From an uncultured Anaerolineales bacterium (lineage in GTDB: Bacteria > Chloroflexota > Anaerolineae > UBA7937 > JACPPX01), in NCBI GenBank assembly GCA_964348195.1, contig CAYGBX010000009.1:1131-65130 (forward strand): DNA of 64,000 bases, written 5' to 3'. Shown here one piece after another: positions 51,281-60,673 of the stretch. Below the pieces are notes generated by a model. The model did not search any database and was not told the origin of the DNA. It saw only the letters and a program-made list of their open reading frames with translations. Each line of letters begins with the position of its first letter. Positions within the stretch are counted from its first letter, which is position 1. Made by a program: the position numbers and the translations under genes.

Positions 51281-51359
51281 GGGGACGTGGTGTAGCCTGG
51301 CCAAACATACCTCCCTGTCAAGGAGGAGATCGCGGGTTCAAATCCCGTCGTCCCCGCCA
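51281..51359 (+). tRNA. tRNA-Asp (GUC)
   Basis: GGGGACG acceptor stem, 11-nt D loop, CCTCC-CTGTCAA-GGAGG, GCGGG-TTCAAAT-CCCGT, discriminator G. CCA is encoded. Confidence 0.9.
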
Positions 51360-51376
51360 GAGAGAACCGGTGAACG

Positions 51377-51415
51377 ATCAGGAGGGCCAAGTGTCCCTCC
51401 TGATTTCTGTTTCTG
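51377..51415 (+). terminator. rho-independent terminator after tRNA-Asp
   Basis: ATCAGGAGGG-CCAAGTGT-CCCTCCTGAT followed by TTCTGTTTCT. Confidence 0.7.
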
Positions 51416-51425
51416 GCCGGGAGGA

Positions 51426-51454
51426 TTGACACAGCAGGACGTCGCTGGTATAGT
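51426..51454 (+). promoter_or_regulatory. near-consensus sigma-70 promoter for the IclR-headed locus
   Basis: TTGACA (51426-51431), 17-nt spacer, TATAGT (51449-51454). Confidence 0.6.
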
Positions 51455-51476
51455 GGTTTCATAATAGCGACCGCCG

Positions 51477-51491
51477 TTCCATAATATGGAA
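51477..51491. promoter_or_regulatory. perfect inverted repeat overlapping the IclR start codon (candidate operator)
   Basis: TTCCAT-AAT-ATGGAA. The ATG of the regulator gene (51486) lies in the right arm. A partial copy TTTCATAAT lies 20 nt upstream. Confidence 0.45.
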
Positions 51492-52310
51492 TCCTCTCGC
51501 GCTGACCCTCCGCGCACCGGTGTGCAGTCGGTGGACCGAGCGCTCGACATCTTGGACGCGCTGGCTGCATCCAACGGGGGGTTGAGCCTCACCGACCTCA
51601 GCCGGAGTCTGGGCCTCCACAAGAGCACCGTCCATAGACTCCTCCAGTCGCTCACCGGCCATGGACTTGCCTCTCAGGATCTCGCAACCCGGCGTTACCG
51701 CGCCGGGTTGCGGCTGTTTGAGTTGGCCAACCAGGTGGTCGATGGAATGGAGTTGCGGGCACAGGCCCTTCCCCACCTCCGACAACTGAGCCGACGAACC
51801 AACGAGACGGTGCACCTGGCCGTTCTGGATGGCGGCGACATTGTGTATATAGACAAGGTGGAAACGCGGCAGACGATCCGCATGTACTCGGCCGTTGGAA
51901 GGCGCGGCCCGGCCCACTGCACGGGAGTGGGCAAGGTGCTCTTGGCGCATCTCCCAGAGGACCAGCTTGATCGGATCGTGGCGGAGAAGGGATTGCCGCG
52001 GTTCACGGACCAGACCATTACCGATCCGTCCGTGCTGAAGGTCCATCTCGGTGGGGTGCGCCAGCAGGGGTTCGCGATCGACAACACCGAGCACGAATCG
52101 GAGATCCGATGTGTGGCCTCGCCCATTCGCGATCACCGAGGCGCTGTGATCGCTGCCATCAGCCTGACTGTTCCTGCGTTTCGCATGAGCCGTGAGGAGA
52201 TCGAGCGGCAGGCACCCCTGGTCGGGGAGTACGCGGATCGGATCTCACGAGGAATGGGGTATGTAGGAGACCCCAAGCCCGCTGAGGACGGCGGAGGGGA
52301 GACTGGATGA
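51486..52310 (+). CDS. IclR-family transcriptional regulator
   Basis: N-terminal wHTH (VQSVDRALDILDAL....GLSLTDLSR.LGLHKSTVHRLL) and a C-terminal IclR effector domain (G.GK..LA........FT..TI). Confidence 0.9.
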   Translation: MESSRADPPRTGVQSVDRALDILDALAASNGGLSLTDLSRSLGLHKSTVHRLLQSLTGHGLASQDLATRRYRAGLRLFELANQVVDGMELRAQALPHLRQLSRRTNETVHLAVLDGGDIVYIDKVETRQTIRMYSAVGRRGPAHCTGVGKVLLAHLPEDQLDRIVAEKGLPRFTDQTITDPSVLKVHLGGVRQQGFAIDNTEHESEIRCVASPIRDHRGAVIAAISLTVPAFRMSREEIERQAPLVGEYADRISRGMGYVGDPKPAEDGGGETG

Positions 52311-52984
52311 AGCGTGTGATCCATGACATGGAGGCTCGCCCCAGCGAGGAGTTGCTGACAGGGTTCGAGGGTCTCTTGGGTATCTACAGCCCGTCCTGCT
52401 TCGTGGCGGATGCCATGGAAAGATCCGGTGTGATGCGCAGCGATATTCGGCCCCTCAGTGAGCACCGCACGGTGGGTGCGGCCGTGACCGTCCGCCTGTC
52501 GCCCGGAGATCTGGTCGATCCGCTCGATGCTCTTACCGTGGCAGCGGCGGGAGATGTTGTCGTGGTCGACGCAGGTGGAGAGACCGAGACCTCGGTATGG
52601 GGCGGACTGATGGCCCGCCTCTGCATCCAGAAAGGGATACGCGGGGCGGTGGTCGACGGAGCCATTCGTGACACCGACGAGATCGGGGAGGTTGGATTTC
52701 CGATCTGGTCGCGATCGGTGATTCCGCGGTCCACCCACTCTCCGTTCTCACAGCGACTGGAGCCCATAGAAGTCAACGTCACGATCACGTGTGGAGGTGT
52801 GACGGTGCGCCCGGGCGACGTCGTGCTGGCCGACGAGATTGGGATCGTGGTCGTTCCGTTGGAGGAGGCCGGAGACGTCCTACGCCGAGCGAATGAGCAG
52901 TCAGAGAAGGAGGAAGCGACCCGCAAGCGGATCCAGGAGGGCAAGACCGTGGAGGAGATTCTGGCCGAATTCGGCCGCTTGTGA
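52307..52984 (+). CDS. RraA-family protein (HMG/CHA-type 4-hydroxy-2-oxoacid aldolase-like)
   Basis: G.A.TV......D......A.....GDV.VVDA.G....WG.L....C..KG..G.V.DGA.RD pattern. Confidence 0.75.
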   Translation: MKRVIHDMEARPSEELLTGFEGLLGIYSPSCFVADAMERSGVMRSDIRPLSEHRTVGAAVTVRLSPGDLVDPLDALTVAAAGDVVVVDAGGETETSVWGGLMARLCIQKGIRGAVVDGAIRDTDEIGEVGFPIWSRSVIPRSTHSPFSQRLEPIEVNVTITCGGVTVRPGDVVLADEIGIVVVPLEEAGDVLRRANEQSEKEEATRKRIQEGKTVEEILAEFGRL

Positions 52985-53097
52985 TCCCGGGAAGCTCTCG
53001 GACCGCCGCGCGGCGAGGCCGACAGTAAGGGGAGGTGATGCCAGGACACGAGACCGGAGCGGACACCGTTCGTCAACTGCGAGGAGGGAGGAAAGCA

Positions 53098-54672
53098 GTG
53101 AAAGACGAACATCCATCGGGAAGGATCCTTCGCGCGTCGCGACCCATCAGCAGGCGTGACTTTCTCAAGGCCGGGGGTGCGGTGGCGCTGGGCAGCCTGG
53201 CCGCCGCCTGTGCCACTCCCACAGCAACACCGGGGGTGGCACCGCCCGTGGTGGGGAGGATCGAGGGCGACACTCCTGAGGAGCGGGCCCTCAACGGCAT
53301 CCAGGCCCTGAAGGATGCCGGTCGTCTGAGCGACGGCGAGACCTTCACCATCATGCACCACTCGGGGCAGCGGAACAATATCGTTCCGGCCCTTGAGGAA
53401 TGGAACAGCCTGACCGGCCTGAACTTCGTGAGCGCCGAGGTCGGACTCGAAAGCGACATCTACACCAGGGCGATGAACGAGGCCGTCGTTCGCACCGGCG
53501 ACTTCGACATCTTCCTCACCTTTGTGAACTGGATCGCCGACATGGCCGAGGCCGGGCTCATCTTGGATCTCACCGACTTCTATGACAGATACGACCCCGA
53601 GGTGGATCACGGCGACAGTCCATATGTCCCACCCCTCGATCGGTTCACAACCCAGTACAAGGGGCGCCGCTACGCAGTAGGTGCCGACGACGACGCCTTC
53701 AGCCTCTTCTACCGCAAGGACATCATGGAGGCCCCGAACGAGGCAGCGGCGTTCGAGGACACCTACGGTCGACCTCTCGAGCTCCCCGACACATGGGAGG
53801 AGTTCGACGACTGGATCGCCTTCTTCGACCGGCCTGAGGAGGGGTTCCGCGGCGCCCACATGTACGCCGAGCGATTCTTCGCCTACACCGCCTGGGCGGC
53901 CCGCTTCATCTCCAAGGGCGGCGCCTACTTCGACGACAACATGAACCCCCTCATCAATTCCGACGAAGGCGTCGAGGCGCTGGAGGAGCAGATCCGGCTC
54001 GTCCAGAACCACATGTGGGAGGACGCAGTCACCGGAGGCTGGCCGGAGGCATACGCACGGTTCCCTGAGGGCTCGGTCTTCTTCGCCTGGGCCTGGGCCT
54101 CGTTGGGCAAGTTCGCCCAGGACCCTGAGACGTCCCAGATCGTGGGCAACGTCGGCTACATGAACATGCCTGGCACCATGCACAACGGCACCCTGGTGCG
54201 GGCTGTGCCCCACGTGGTGGGCTGGTCCTTCAGCATCTCCAATTTTGGCAAGCTGCCGGAAGCCGCCTACTGCTTCACTCAGTGGTTCACTGGCCCCACC
54301 GTGGGTCTCGAGGCCATCGCTAGGGTGGGGACACTGGATGTCTTCCGTCGGACCTGGTTTGACGAGCCCACCATGCAGGACGCCTACGGAGCCGAGTTCA
54401 TGCCGGTCCTGCTCGAGCTCACCCGCAACTCGTTCCCTGACATCTCACTGCAGGGCGCCAACGAGTACCTCGACAATCTGAACCTGCATCTCCAGTTGGC
54501 CTTTGCCGGGGAGAAGGACGCCGAGCAGGCGCTCAACGACGCCGCCGACGAGTGGCAGCAGATCACCCAGCGCATCGGTCGAGTGGGCCAGATCGAGGCC
54601 TGGCGCGGCGAGCGGGCCAGCTACCCGCAGCCGATCCAGGACCTCTGGGCCCAGAGGGGCATCTTCGGCTAG
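53098..54672 (+). CDS. CUT1-type (family 1) sugar ABC substrate-binding protein with Tat signal and lipobox
   Basis: SRRDFLKAGGAVALGSLAAAC. The mature part is large (~500 aa). Start GTG 53098 is preceded by GGAGGGAGGAAAG. The track start is 53035. Confidence 0.8.
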   Translation: MKDEHPSGRILRASRPISRRDFLKAGGAVALGSLAAACATPTATPGVAPPVVGRIEGDTPEERALNGIQALKDAGRLSDGETFTIMHHSGQRNNIVPALEEWNSLTGLNFVSAEVGLESDIYTRAMNEAVVRTGDFDIFLTFVNWIADMAEAGLILDLTDFYDRYDPEVDHGDSPYVPPLDRFTTQYKGRRYAVGADDDAFSLFYRKDIMEAPNEAAAFEDTYGRPLELPDTWEEFDDWIAFFDRPEEGFRGAHMYAERFFAYTAWAARFISKGGAYFDDNMNPLINSDEGVEALEEQIRLVQNHMWEDAVTGGWPEAYARFPEGSVFFAWAWASLGKFAQDPETSQIVGNVGYMNMPGTMHNGTLVRAVPHVVGWSFSISNFGKLPEAAYCFTQWFTGPTVGLEAIARVGTLDVFRRTWFDEPTMQDAYGAEFMPVLLELTRNSFPDISLQGANEYLDNLNLHLQLAFAGEKDAEQALNDAADEWQQITQRIGRVGQIEAWRGERASYPQPIQDLWAQRGIFG

Positions 54673-54737
54673 ACAACGAAGGGGGCCGGCGCTGCCGCCG
54701 GCCCCCATGCCAATCCTAGATCCCTACCAGGTAGAAG

Positions 54738-55670
54738 ATGGCAGTCGCTGAGCGCACCGAGCCCGGTCGGGGCGCGGCCTTGTACAAAGCATTGCGGGGA
54801 GAGGGGCTGTTCAAGATCGCCCTCGTCGCCCCTCTGCAGATTCTCCTCTGGATCCTCCTCATCGTGCCCTTCGTCATCGTCATTTGGCTTAGTCTTGTGA
54901 ACTGGGAACCTCGGATGGGGATCGATTGGTGGCAAGCACCCTTCGCTTGGCTGCAGAACTACGGCCAGGTCCTCGCCGACCCCCGGTTCCGGGCGGCCAT
55001 CGGAAGGTCGCTCCTTATTGTTGGCGTTGTGGTCTCATTGGAGTTCCTTATCGGCTTGGGCCTAGCCCTCTTCTTCCAGCGTGAGTTCTTTGGCAAGCGC
55101 GTGATGGCTTCGGCCATCCTGTATCCGATGATGCTCCCCTGGGTGGTGGTCGGTCTGGTGTTTCACCTGCTGTTCCTGTTCCGGGGACCGATCAACTATC
55201 TGTTCATTCAGGCCTTCGGACCTGATGCCTCAGTCTCATGGTTCGGGGAGCCCGCCCTGGCTATGGGGACCATCATGTTGGCCGATGTTTGGCAGTGGAC
55301 TCCGTTTATGTTCCTGATTCTATATTCGGGCCTGGGCGCGCTTCCCAAGGAGCCGCGGGAGGCGGCGATGACCTTGGGGGCCAACCGTTGGCAGATCTTT
55401 CGCCACATCACCCTCCCCATGCTGAGACCCGTCATCCTGATTGGACTCATCATCCGTGGTCTGGAAGCATTCAAGATCTTCGACCTGGCATTTGTGATGA
55501 CCGGGGGCGGGCCGGGCACCGCCACCGAGACCATTTCTCTCTACATCTACCGGGTGGGGTTTGGCTTTGGCCAGCTCTCCTACGCAGCCGCCATGGCCGT
55601 GCTGATCCTGTTATCCATCACGGTGGTCACGCGGCTGGCGATCCGGCCGCTGGAGTACGAGGAGACGTGA
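54738..55670 (+). CDS. sugar ABC transporter permease (MalF/UgpA-like)
   Basis: Six TM helices and an EAA-type loop (EAAMTLGANRWQIFRHITLPMLRP). Confidence 0.88.
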   Translation: MAVAERTEPGRGAALYKALRGEGLFKIALVAPLQILLWILLIVPFVIVIWLSLVNWEPRMGIDWWQAPFAWLQNYGQVLADPRFRAAIGRSLLIVGVVVSLEFLIGLGLALFFQREFFGKRVMASAILYPMMLPWVVVGLVFHLLFLFRGPINYLFIQAFGPDASVSWFGEPALAMGTIMLADVWQWTPFMFLILYSGLGALPKEPREAAMTLGANRWQIFRHITLPMLRPVILIGLIIRGLEAFKIFDLAFVMTGGGPGTATETISLYIYRVGFGFGQLSYAAAMAVLILLSITVVTRLAIRPLEYEET

Positions 55671-56578
55671 CAGAGACGACAGCGGCCGCCAGCGCATGCG
55701 CCGGGCGGGGCCTACGGCGGCTCCGCGTGGGCCGCATCCTGTGGTGGGTGGCTGCAGTCACCATTGTCCTGGTCATCCTTCTTCCCGTGGTCTGGGTGCT
55801 CTCCATTTCCTTCAAGCCGCCTGCTGAGTGGGAGCAGTATCCTCCGACTCTGCTGCCGAAGGTCGCGACGGTAAGCAACTACGTCGTGCTTTTTGATCCT
55901 GGCAATCCTGTGGGCGGCGTGGCCAAGATGACGAGCAGCGCCGAGCCCGTCTCCGGGGCCTTTCTCAACAGCCTCATCATCGCCCCGGTCGCCACCGCCG
56001 CCTCGCTCCTGATAGGCACCCTGGCCGCCTACGCCGTCTCCCGGTTCCGGATCGGCGGGACCTTCATGCCATTCTTCGTCCTGACCACCCGGATGTTTCC
56101 GCCTGTGGCCTTCGCTGTGCCGCTGTTGGTCTATTTCCGGATACTGGGACTCATCGACACCCAGCTGGGATTGATCCTGATGTACACAGGGTTCACCGTG
56201 GCCTTCTCTCTCTGGATGATGAAGGGCTTCATCGATGGGGTCCCGAGACACATCGAGGAAGCAGCGATCTTGGATGGCGCCTCTCCCTGGCGGGTTCTCT
56301 TCACGATCACTTTGCCGTTGGTGAGGGGCGGACTGGCGGCGACGGCGCTGTTCGTCTTCATTCTGAACTGGACCGAGTTCCTCTACGCACTGATCTTCAC
56401 GTCTCGGGACGCCATTACCGTCCCCGTCCAGGTCAGCCACTATGTCGGAGCCATCGGACGGTTCTACGGCACGCAGGCCGCCCTGGGCGTGGTGGCCTCG
56501 GTTCCCGTGGTGGTCGCTGGGTACTTGATCCAGAGACACCTCGTCACAGGCTTCACCTTCGGTCTCATAAGGGAGTAG
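55667..56578 (+). CDS. sugar ABC transporter permease (MalG/UgpE-like)
   Basis: GTG 55667 overlaps the upstream TGA (GTGA). EAA loop EEAAILDGASPWRVLFTITLPLVRG. The 446-aa track ORF is a 5' extension across the preceding gene. Confidence 0.85.
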   Translation: MTETTAAASACAGRGLRRLRVGRILWWVAAVTIVLVILLPVVWVLSISFKPPAEWEQYPPTLLPKVATVSNYVVLFDPGNPVGGVAKMTSSAEPVSGAFLNSLIIAPVATAASLLIGTLAAYAVSRFRIGGTFMPFFVLTTRMFPPVAFAVPLLVYFRILGLIDTQLGLILMYTGFTVAFSLWMMKGFIDGVPRHIEEAAILDGASPWRVLFTITLPLVRGGLAATALFVFILNWTEFLYALIFTSRDAITVPVQVSHYVGAIGRFYGTQAALGVVASVPVVVAGYLIQRHLVTGFTFGLIRE

Positions 56579-56582
56579 GAAG

Positions 56583-57698
56583 GTGGCAGAGGCCAAGGCG
56601 TTGATCGAACTCCGAGGGCTCCGGAAGGAGTTCGGAGAACTGGTGGCAGTCGACGATCTCGACCTCGAGGTGCGGCATGGCGAGTTCCTCTGCTTCCTGG
56701 GCCCTTCCGGGTGCGGCAAGACCACCACCCTCCGCATGATTGCCGGTCTAGAGGAGCCGACCAAGGGCGAGATCTGGTTGAGAGGGGAGCGTATCAACGA
56801 ACTGCCTCCGCAACGGCGAGGGCTCGGATTCGTCTTCCAGAATTACGCACTGTTCTGGCACATGACTGCCTTCGACAACCTCGCCTTTGGTCTGCGGGTG
56901 AGGGGCACTGCGCGGTCCGAGATCGACGGCCGTGTGCGAGAGATTGCAGAGCGGCTGGAGCTGCTTCAGGTCCTGGACACGAAAGCCTCGCGGCTCGACC
57001 TGAGCGCCATGCAGCGAGTGGCCCTAGGACGGACCATCGTGACTCAGCCACAGGTGCTCCTCCTGGATGAGCCGCTCAACAACTTCAGGCCCGGACTTCG
57101 TGAGGTGATGCGAGGAGAGCTGAAGCGGCTGCAGAGACAGTTTGGCAGCACGATGGTGTACGTGACCCACGATCAGGAAGAGGCGATGACCCTGGGCGAC
57201 CGGATCCTTGTGATGAGGGATGGCGGTGCGGAACAGCTGGCACCGCCGCGAGAGATCTACCGGCAGCCAGAAAGCCTGTTCGTTGCCGGCTTCATCGGCC
57301 GTCCGCCGATGAACTTCCTGGACGTGGAGTACGGGGCCAGCAGGGGCAGGGGCTATCTGATGCATGGTGATCTCCGCTGGGGCGTACCCCCTGGCCTGGC
57401 AGCGGGGGAGGCAGCGCTCCGAGAAGACTCCCTGAGACTGGGAATCCGTCCCGAGCACATCTTGCCTAGCTCCGCGGCCCGGGGGTTGGGGTTGGATGAG
57501 ACCGCGATCTCGGCGGCCGTCGACCTTGTGCAGCCTCTGGCTCGGAAGAAGATCGTGCACCTGGTTGCCGATGGCGCGGAGTTGAAGATGGTCGTCTCCG
57601 GGAGCGAGCCGATTTCGGCAGGAGACACCGTGGAGATCGTCTTCCGTCCCGATCGCATCCACATATTCGACAGAAAGACGCAGAAGGCACTCAGCTGA
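56583..57698 (+). CDS. ABC transporter ATP-binding protein, MalK/UgpC-like, copy 1
   Basis: GPSGCGKTT Walker A, Q-loop, degenerate signature LDLSAMQ, LLLDEP and a C-terminal regulatory/TOBE-like domain. Confidence 0.88.
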   Translation: MAEAKALIELRGLRKEFGELVAVDDLDLEVRHGEFLCFLGPSGCGKTTTLRMIAGLEEPTKGEIWLRGERINELPPQRRGLGFVFQNYALFWHMTAFDNLAFGLRVRGTARSEIDGRVREIAERLELLQVLDTKASRLDLSAMQRVALGRTIVTQPQVLLLDEPLNNFRPGLREVMRGELKRLQRQFGSTMVYVTHDQEEAMTLGDRILVMRDGGAEQLAPPREIYRQPESLFVAGFIGRPPMNFLDVEYGASRGRGYLMHGDLRWGVPPGLAAGEAALREDSLRLGIRPEHILPSSAARGLGLDETAISAAVDLVQPLARKKIVHLVADGAELKMVVSGSEPISAGDTVEIVFRPDRIHIFDRKTQKALS

Positions 57699-58786
57699 TG
57701 GCGTCTCTGAGGGTCGAGGGCCTGAAGAAATCCTACCGAGTCGTGGAGGCCGTCCGCGGACTCGATCTGAGCGTGGAAGCCGGGGAGTTCTTCTGCCTTC
57801 TGGGAGCGCCTGGTGCGGGAAAGACCACCATTCTCCGCATAATTGCGGGTTTGGAGATCCCCGACGCAGGCAACATCTATCTGGGGGATCGTTTGGTCAA
57901 CGACGTCCTTCCCTCCGAGCGCGATGTGGCTTTGGTCTTCGAGGATCTCGCCCTCTATCCCCACATGACGGCCTTCGACAATCTCGCCCATCCGCTTCGG
58001 CTGCGGAAGATGTCGCGACCGGATATCGATGCGCGGGTCAGATCGATGGCCGAGACGCTGTACATCACGCACCTCCTGGATCGGCGCCCCGAGACTTTCA
58101 GCGGTGGGGAGAGGCGACGTGTGGCGCTCGGAAGGGCCCTGGTCAGACGCCCCCGTATCCTTCTTCTGGACGAACCGCTCACGGACCTGGATGCGTGGCT
58201 TCGACAGGAGATGACCGCTGAGTTGAAGCGGCTTCAGACAGAGCTTGGGCAGACGACCATCTACGCCACCCACGATTTCGAGGAGGCCGTGACGATGGCC
58301 GACCGGATCGCGGTGCTCGAGAAGGGGCGCGTGGAGCAACTGGGAGCGCCAGAGGAGATGTACCGGAGCCCATCGTCGACGGTGGTGGCCAGCCTTGTGG
58401 GGACTCCGTCGATGAACCTGATCCCGTGCCGAGTCGAAGATGGTGCAGACGGTGAGCAGTTCTTGGTCAGAGACGAGAGCGGGTTGCGGGTACGGTGGCG
58501 AGGGCAGCGGCCTATCCCCACGGACGAGGTCGTGCTGGGAATCCGTCCGGAGCACATCGAGGTGTCGGAGCAGACGGGAGAAGAATGGATCCGCTCCACC
58601 GCGGAGATCATCCAGCCTCTGGGCGAGGAGCAGATGGCCGATCTACGTCTGGCCGATGGGACCCTGGTGAAGATCGTCACCGGCCTGGAGACATCTTTGG
58701 GCGGGGATGGCAAGCCGGTGCAGATCCGTATCCCAGGAGAGCGCGTGTTGCTCTTCGATCGGGAGCGAGGCCGGAGGATAGGCTAG
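57698..58786 (+). CDS. ABC transporter ATP-binding protein, MalK/UgpC-like, copy 2
   Basis: GAPGAGKTT Walker A, signature FSGGERRR, LLLDEP and a C-terminal TOBE-like domain. The start overlaps the upstream stop (TGATG). Confidence 0.88.
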   Translation: MASLRVEGLKKSYRVVEAVRGLDLSVEAGEFFCLLGAPGAGKTTILRIIAGLEIPDAGNIYLGDRLVNDVLPSERDVALVFEDLALYPHMTAFDNLAHPLRLRKMSRPDIDARVRSMAETLYITHLLDRRPETFSGGERRRVALGRALVRRPRILLLDEPLTDLDAWLRQEMTAELKRLQTELGQTTIYATHDFEEAVTMADRIAVLEKGRVEQLGAPEEMYRSPSSTVVASLVGTPSMNLIPCRVEDGADGEQFLVRDESGLRVRWRGQRPIPTDEVVLGIRPEHIEVSEQTGEEWIRSTAEIIQPLGEEQMADLRLADGTLVKIVTGLETSLGGDGKPVQIRIPGERVLLFDRERGRRIG

Positions 58787-58796
58787 AGGGAAGGCC

Positions 58797-59975
58797 ATGA
58801 ACGGAAGCGATGAGGAGCGCCTGCGCCGGTTGCGCGAGGCGATGGTCGACGCTGATCTGGATGCACTCGTGTGTCGGCTGCCCGAGAACGTCGTCTATCT
58901 GACCAACTACTGGCCCCACCACGGCTTCTCATTCGCAGTCTTTGCCCGCGATGGATCCTCCCGGGTTCTTCTTCCCGAGATCGAGGAGGAGTACGCCGAC
59001 CGGAGCTGGAGCGAGGTGGTTCCTTTCGGATGGGGCCTGCTCAAAGACGACGATCTCTACGTGACCCTGGAGCGCCATCTCACAGAGGCACGGGACCAGA
59101 TGGGGCTGCGAGAGGCCAGCGTAGCTGTGGAGAGGGGGTTTGAGGTCGTCGGTCCGTCCTATCGGGCCGCCGAGCCGGTCGTTCCCGCGGGGCCCACTGC
59201 CGAATTGCTGGCGGCCGTCTTCGGAGAAGCCTCGCTCGTAGCGGCGGATGAGCTTCTGGCCAGACTGCGCTCGCGGAAGACGCCCTTCGAACTCGAGCGA
59301 CTGCGGCTGGCCAACGAGATCGCGGGATTCGGGCTCGATGCCTTTCGCCAGGCAGCCGCGCCTGGAAGGAAGGAATCGGAGCTGAGCGCGGTTGCCGAGG
59401 AGGCCATCCGCAGCCGAGGAGTAGGGCACGACAGTGCCCGGTTGGTGCGCGGGTTCGCCGAGGTCGGGGCAGGGATCGGCAGCTACAAGGGGTACCTCCT
59501 GGTTCCCTCGACGGACAGGGTCGTGCAGGAGGGAGACCTGGTCATGATCGAACTGGCCACGGTCGTCGACGGGTACTGGTCTGACCTCACCCGCGTGGTC
59601 GTGGCCGGAGATCCCGATGAAAAGCAGCGCGAGGTGTACGAACTCGTGTTTGAGGCCCAGAAGGCCGCAGCGAATCTGATGCGACCTGAGGTGGCTTTTT
59701 CCGAGGTGGATGCGGCCGCTCGCGAGATCATCGAGGCCGCGGGCTACGGACAATACTTCATCCACATCACCGGTCACGGCGTCGGGCTCCGCTACCATGA
59801 GTTCGTTCCCATCCTGGCCCCTGGCGCGGAGGGCGCCCTGGAGGAGGGAATGGTAAGCAGCGTTGAGCCAGGGATCTACATCCCAGGCTGGGGAGGTATC
59901 AGAATCGAAGACAACGTGGCCGCTGGACCCGACGGTCCCGACTTCCTGTCCACCTACGATCGTTCCTTGCCGTGA
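58797..59975 (+). CDS. M24-family metallohydrolase (Xaa-Pro dipeptidase / creatinase-like)
   Basis: N-terminal creatinase/prolidase domain. The pita-bread C-domain carries metal ligands (..DG.WSDLTR, GHG.G...HE, EPG.Y, IRIED). Confidence 0.8.
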   Translation: MNGSDEERLRRLREAMVDADLDALVCRLPENVVYLTNYWPHHGFSFAVFARDGSSRVLLPEIEEEYADRSWSEVVPFGWGLLKDDDLYVTLERHLTEARDQMGLREASVAVERGFEVVGPSYRAAEPVVPAGPTAELLAAVFGEASLVAADELLARLRSRKTPFELERLRLANEIAGFGLDAFRQAAAPGRKESELSAVAEEAIRSRGVGHDSARLVRGFAEVGAGIGSYKGYLLVPSTDRVVQEGDLVMIELATVVDGYWSDLTRVVVAGDPDEKQREVYELVFEAQKAAANLMRPEVAFSEVDAAAREIIEAAGYGQYFIHITGHGVGLRYHEFVPILAPGAEGALEEGMVSSVEPGIYIPGWGGIRIEDNVAAGPDGPDFLSTYDRSLP

Positions 59976-60673
59976 GCGACAGCGGGGTCTCCTCAACGCC
60001 GGCCGCTCGTGCCGAGGATGCCGTCCGTGAGACCGGGGTGATCGCGATCTTGCGAGGCGACTTCGGAGGAGCGCTGTCCGCGATCGTGGGGTCAATGCAG
60101 GAGGCCGGAATCCGAGCCGTCGAGATAACCCTGGACTCGGTCGGTGCTCTGGAGGCCATCGATTTGCTGACCGACCGCTGGGGAGAGGAACTTGCCATCG
60201 GGGCCGGGACCGTTCTGGATCCGAGGAGTGTCGCCGAGGTAGAAGGACGCGGGGCGAGCTTCGTGGTCGCGCCCAACTGTGACGAGGGAGTCGTGGAGGC
60301 GTGTCTGGAGCACGCCCTGCTCGCCATCCCAGGAGCCCTCACCCCGTCGGAGATCCTCGCCGCCTGGCGGATGGGGGCTGGACTGGTGAAGATCTTCCCG
60401 GCGGGGAGCCTCGGCCCCGAGTACATCCGAGGGCTACAGGGCCCACTGTCGCAGGTCCCCTTGGTTCCCACGGGCGGCGTCAGCCCTGGGAATGCCGAGG
60501 CGTTCGTCTCAGCGGGAGCCACTGCCCTCGGAGTAGGATCGGAGCTGGTAGGCCAGGGCGACGGGAGGGCGAGGGATCTTGACAGGGTCCGCCGAGCGGC
60601 ATCGCAGCTTCTCGAGGCTGTCCGTCGAGGCCGGCAGGGGCGCGCCGCGGAGGTAGAGGTCCGTGGGTGCTGA
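59972..60673 (+). CDS. eda: KDPG/KHG aldolase
   Basis: VIAILRG, AVEITL, GAGTVL, VKIFPA and PTGGV landmarks. Confidence 0.85.
   Translation: MSDSGVSSTPAARAEDAVRETGVIAILRGDFGGALSAIVGSMQEAGIRAVEITLDSVGALEAIDLLTDRWGEELAIGAGTVLDPRSVAEVEGRGASFVVAPNCDEGVVEACLEHALLAIPGALTPSEILAAWRMGAGLVKIFPAGSLGPEYIRGLQGPLSQVPLVPTGGVSPGNAEAFVSAGATALGVGSELVGQGDGRARDLDRVRRAASQLLEAVRRGRQGRAAEVEVRGC

Noticed and set aside
55238-56578. 446-aa ORF for the second ABC permease
   Set aside because: The first ~143 codons overlap the first permease gene in another frame. GTG 55667 overlaps the upstream stop (GTGA) and gives a normal-length MalG-like protein.
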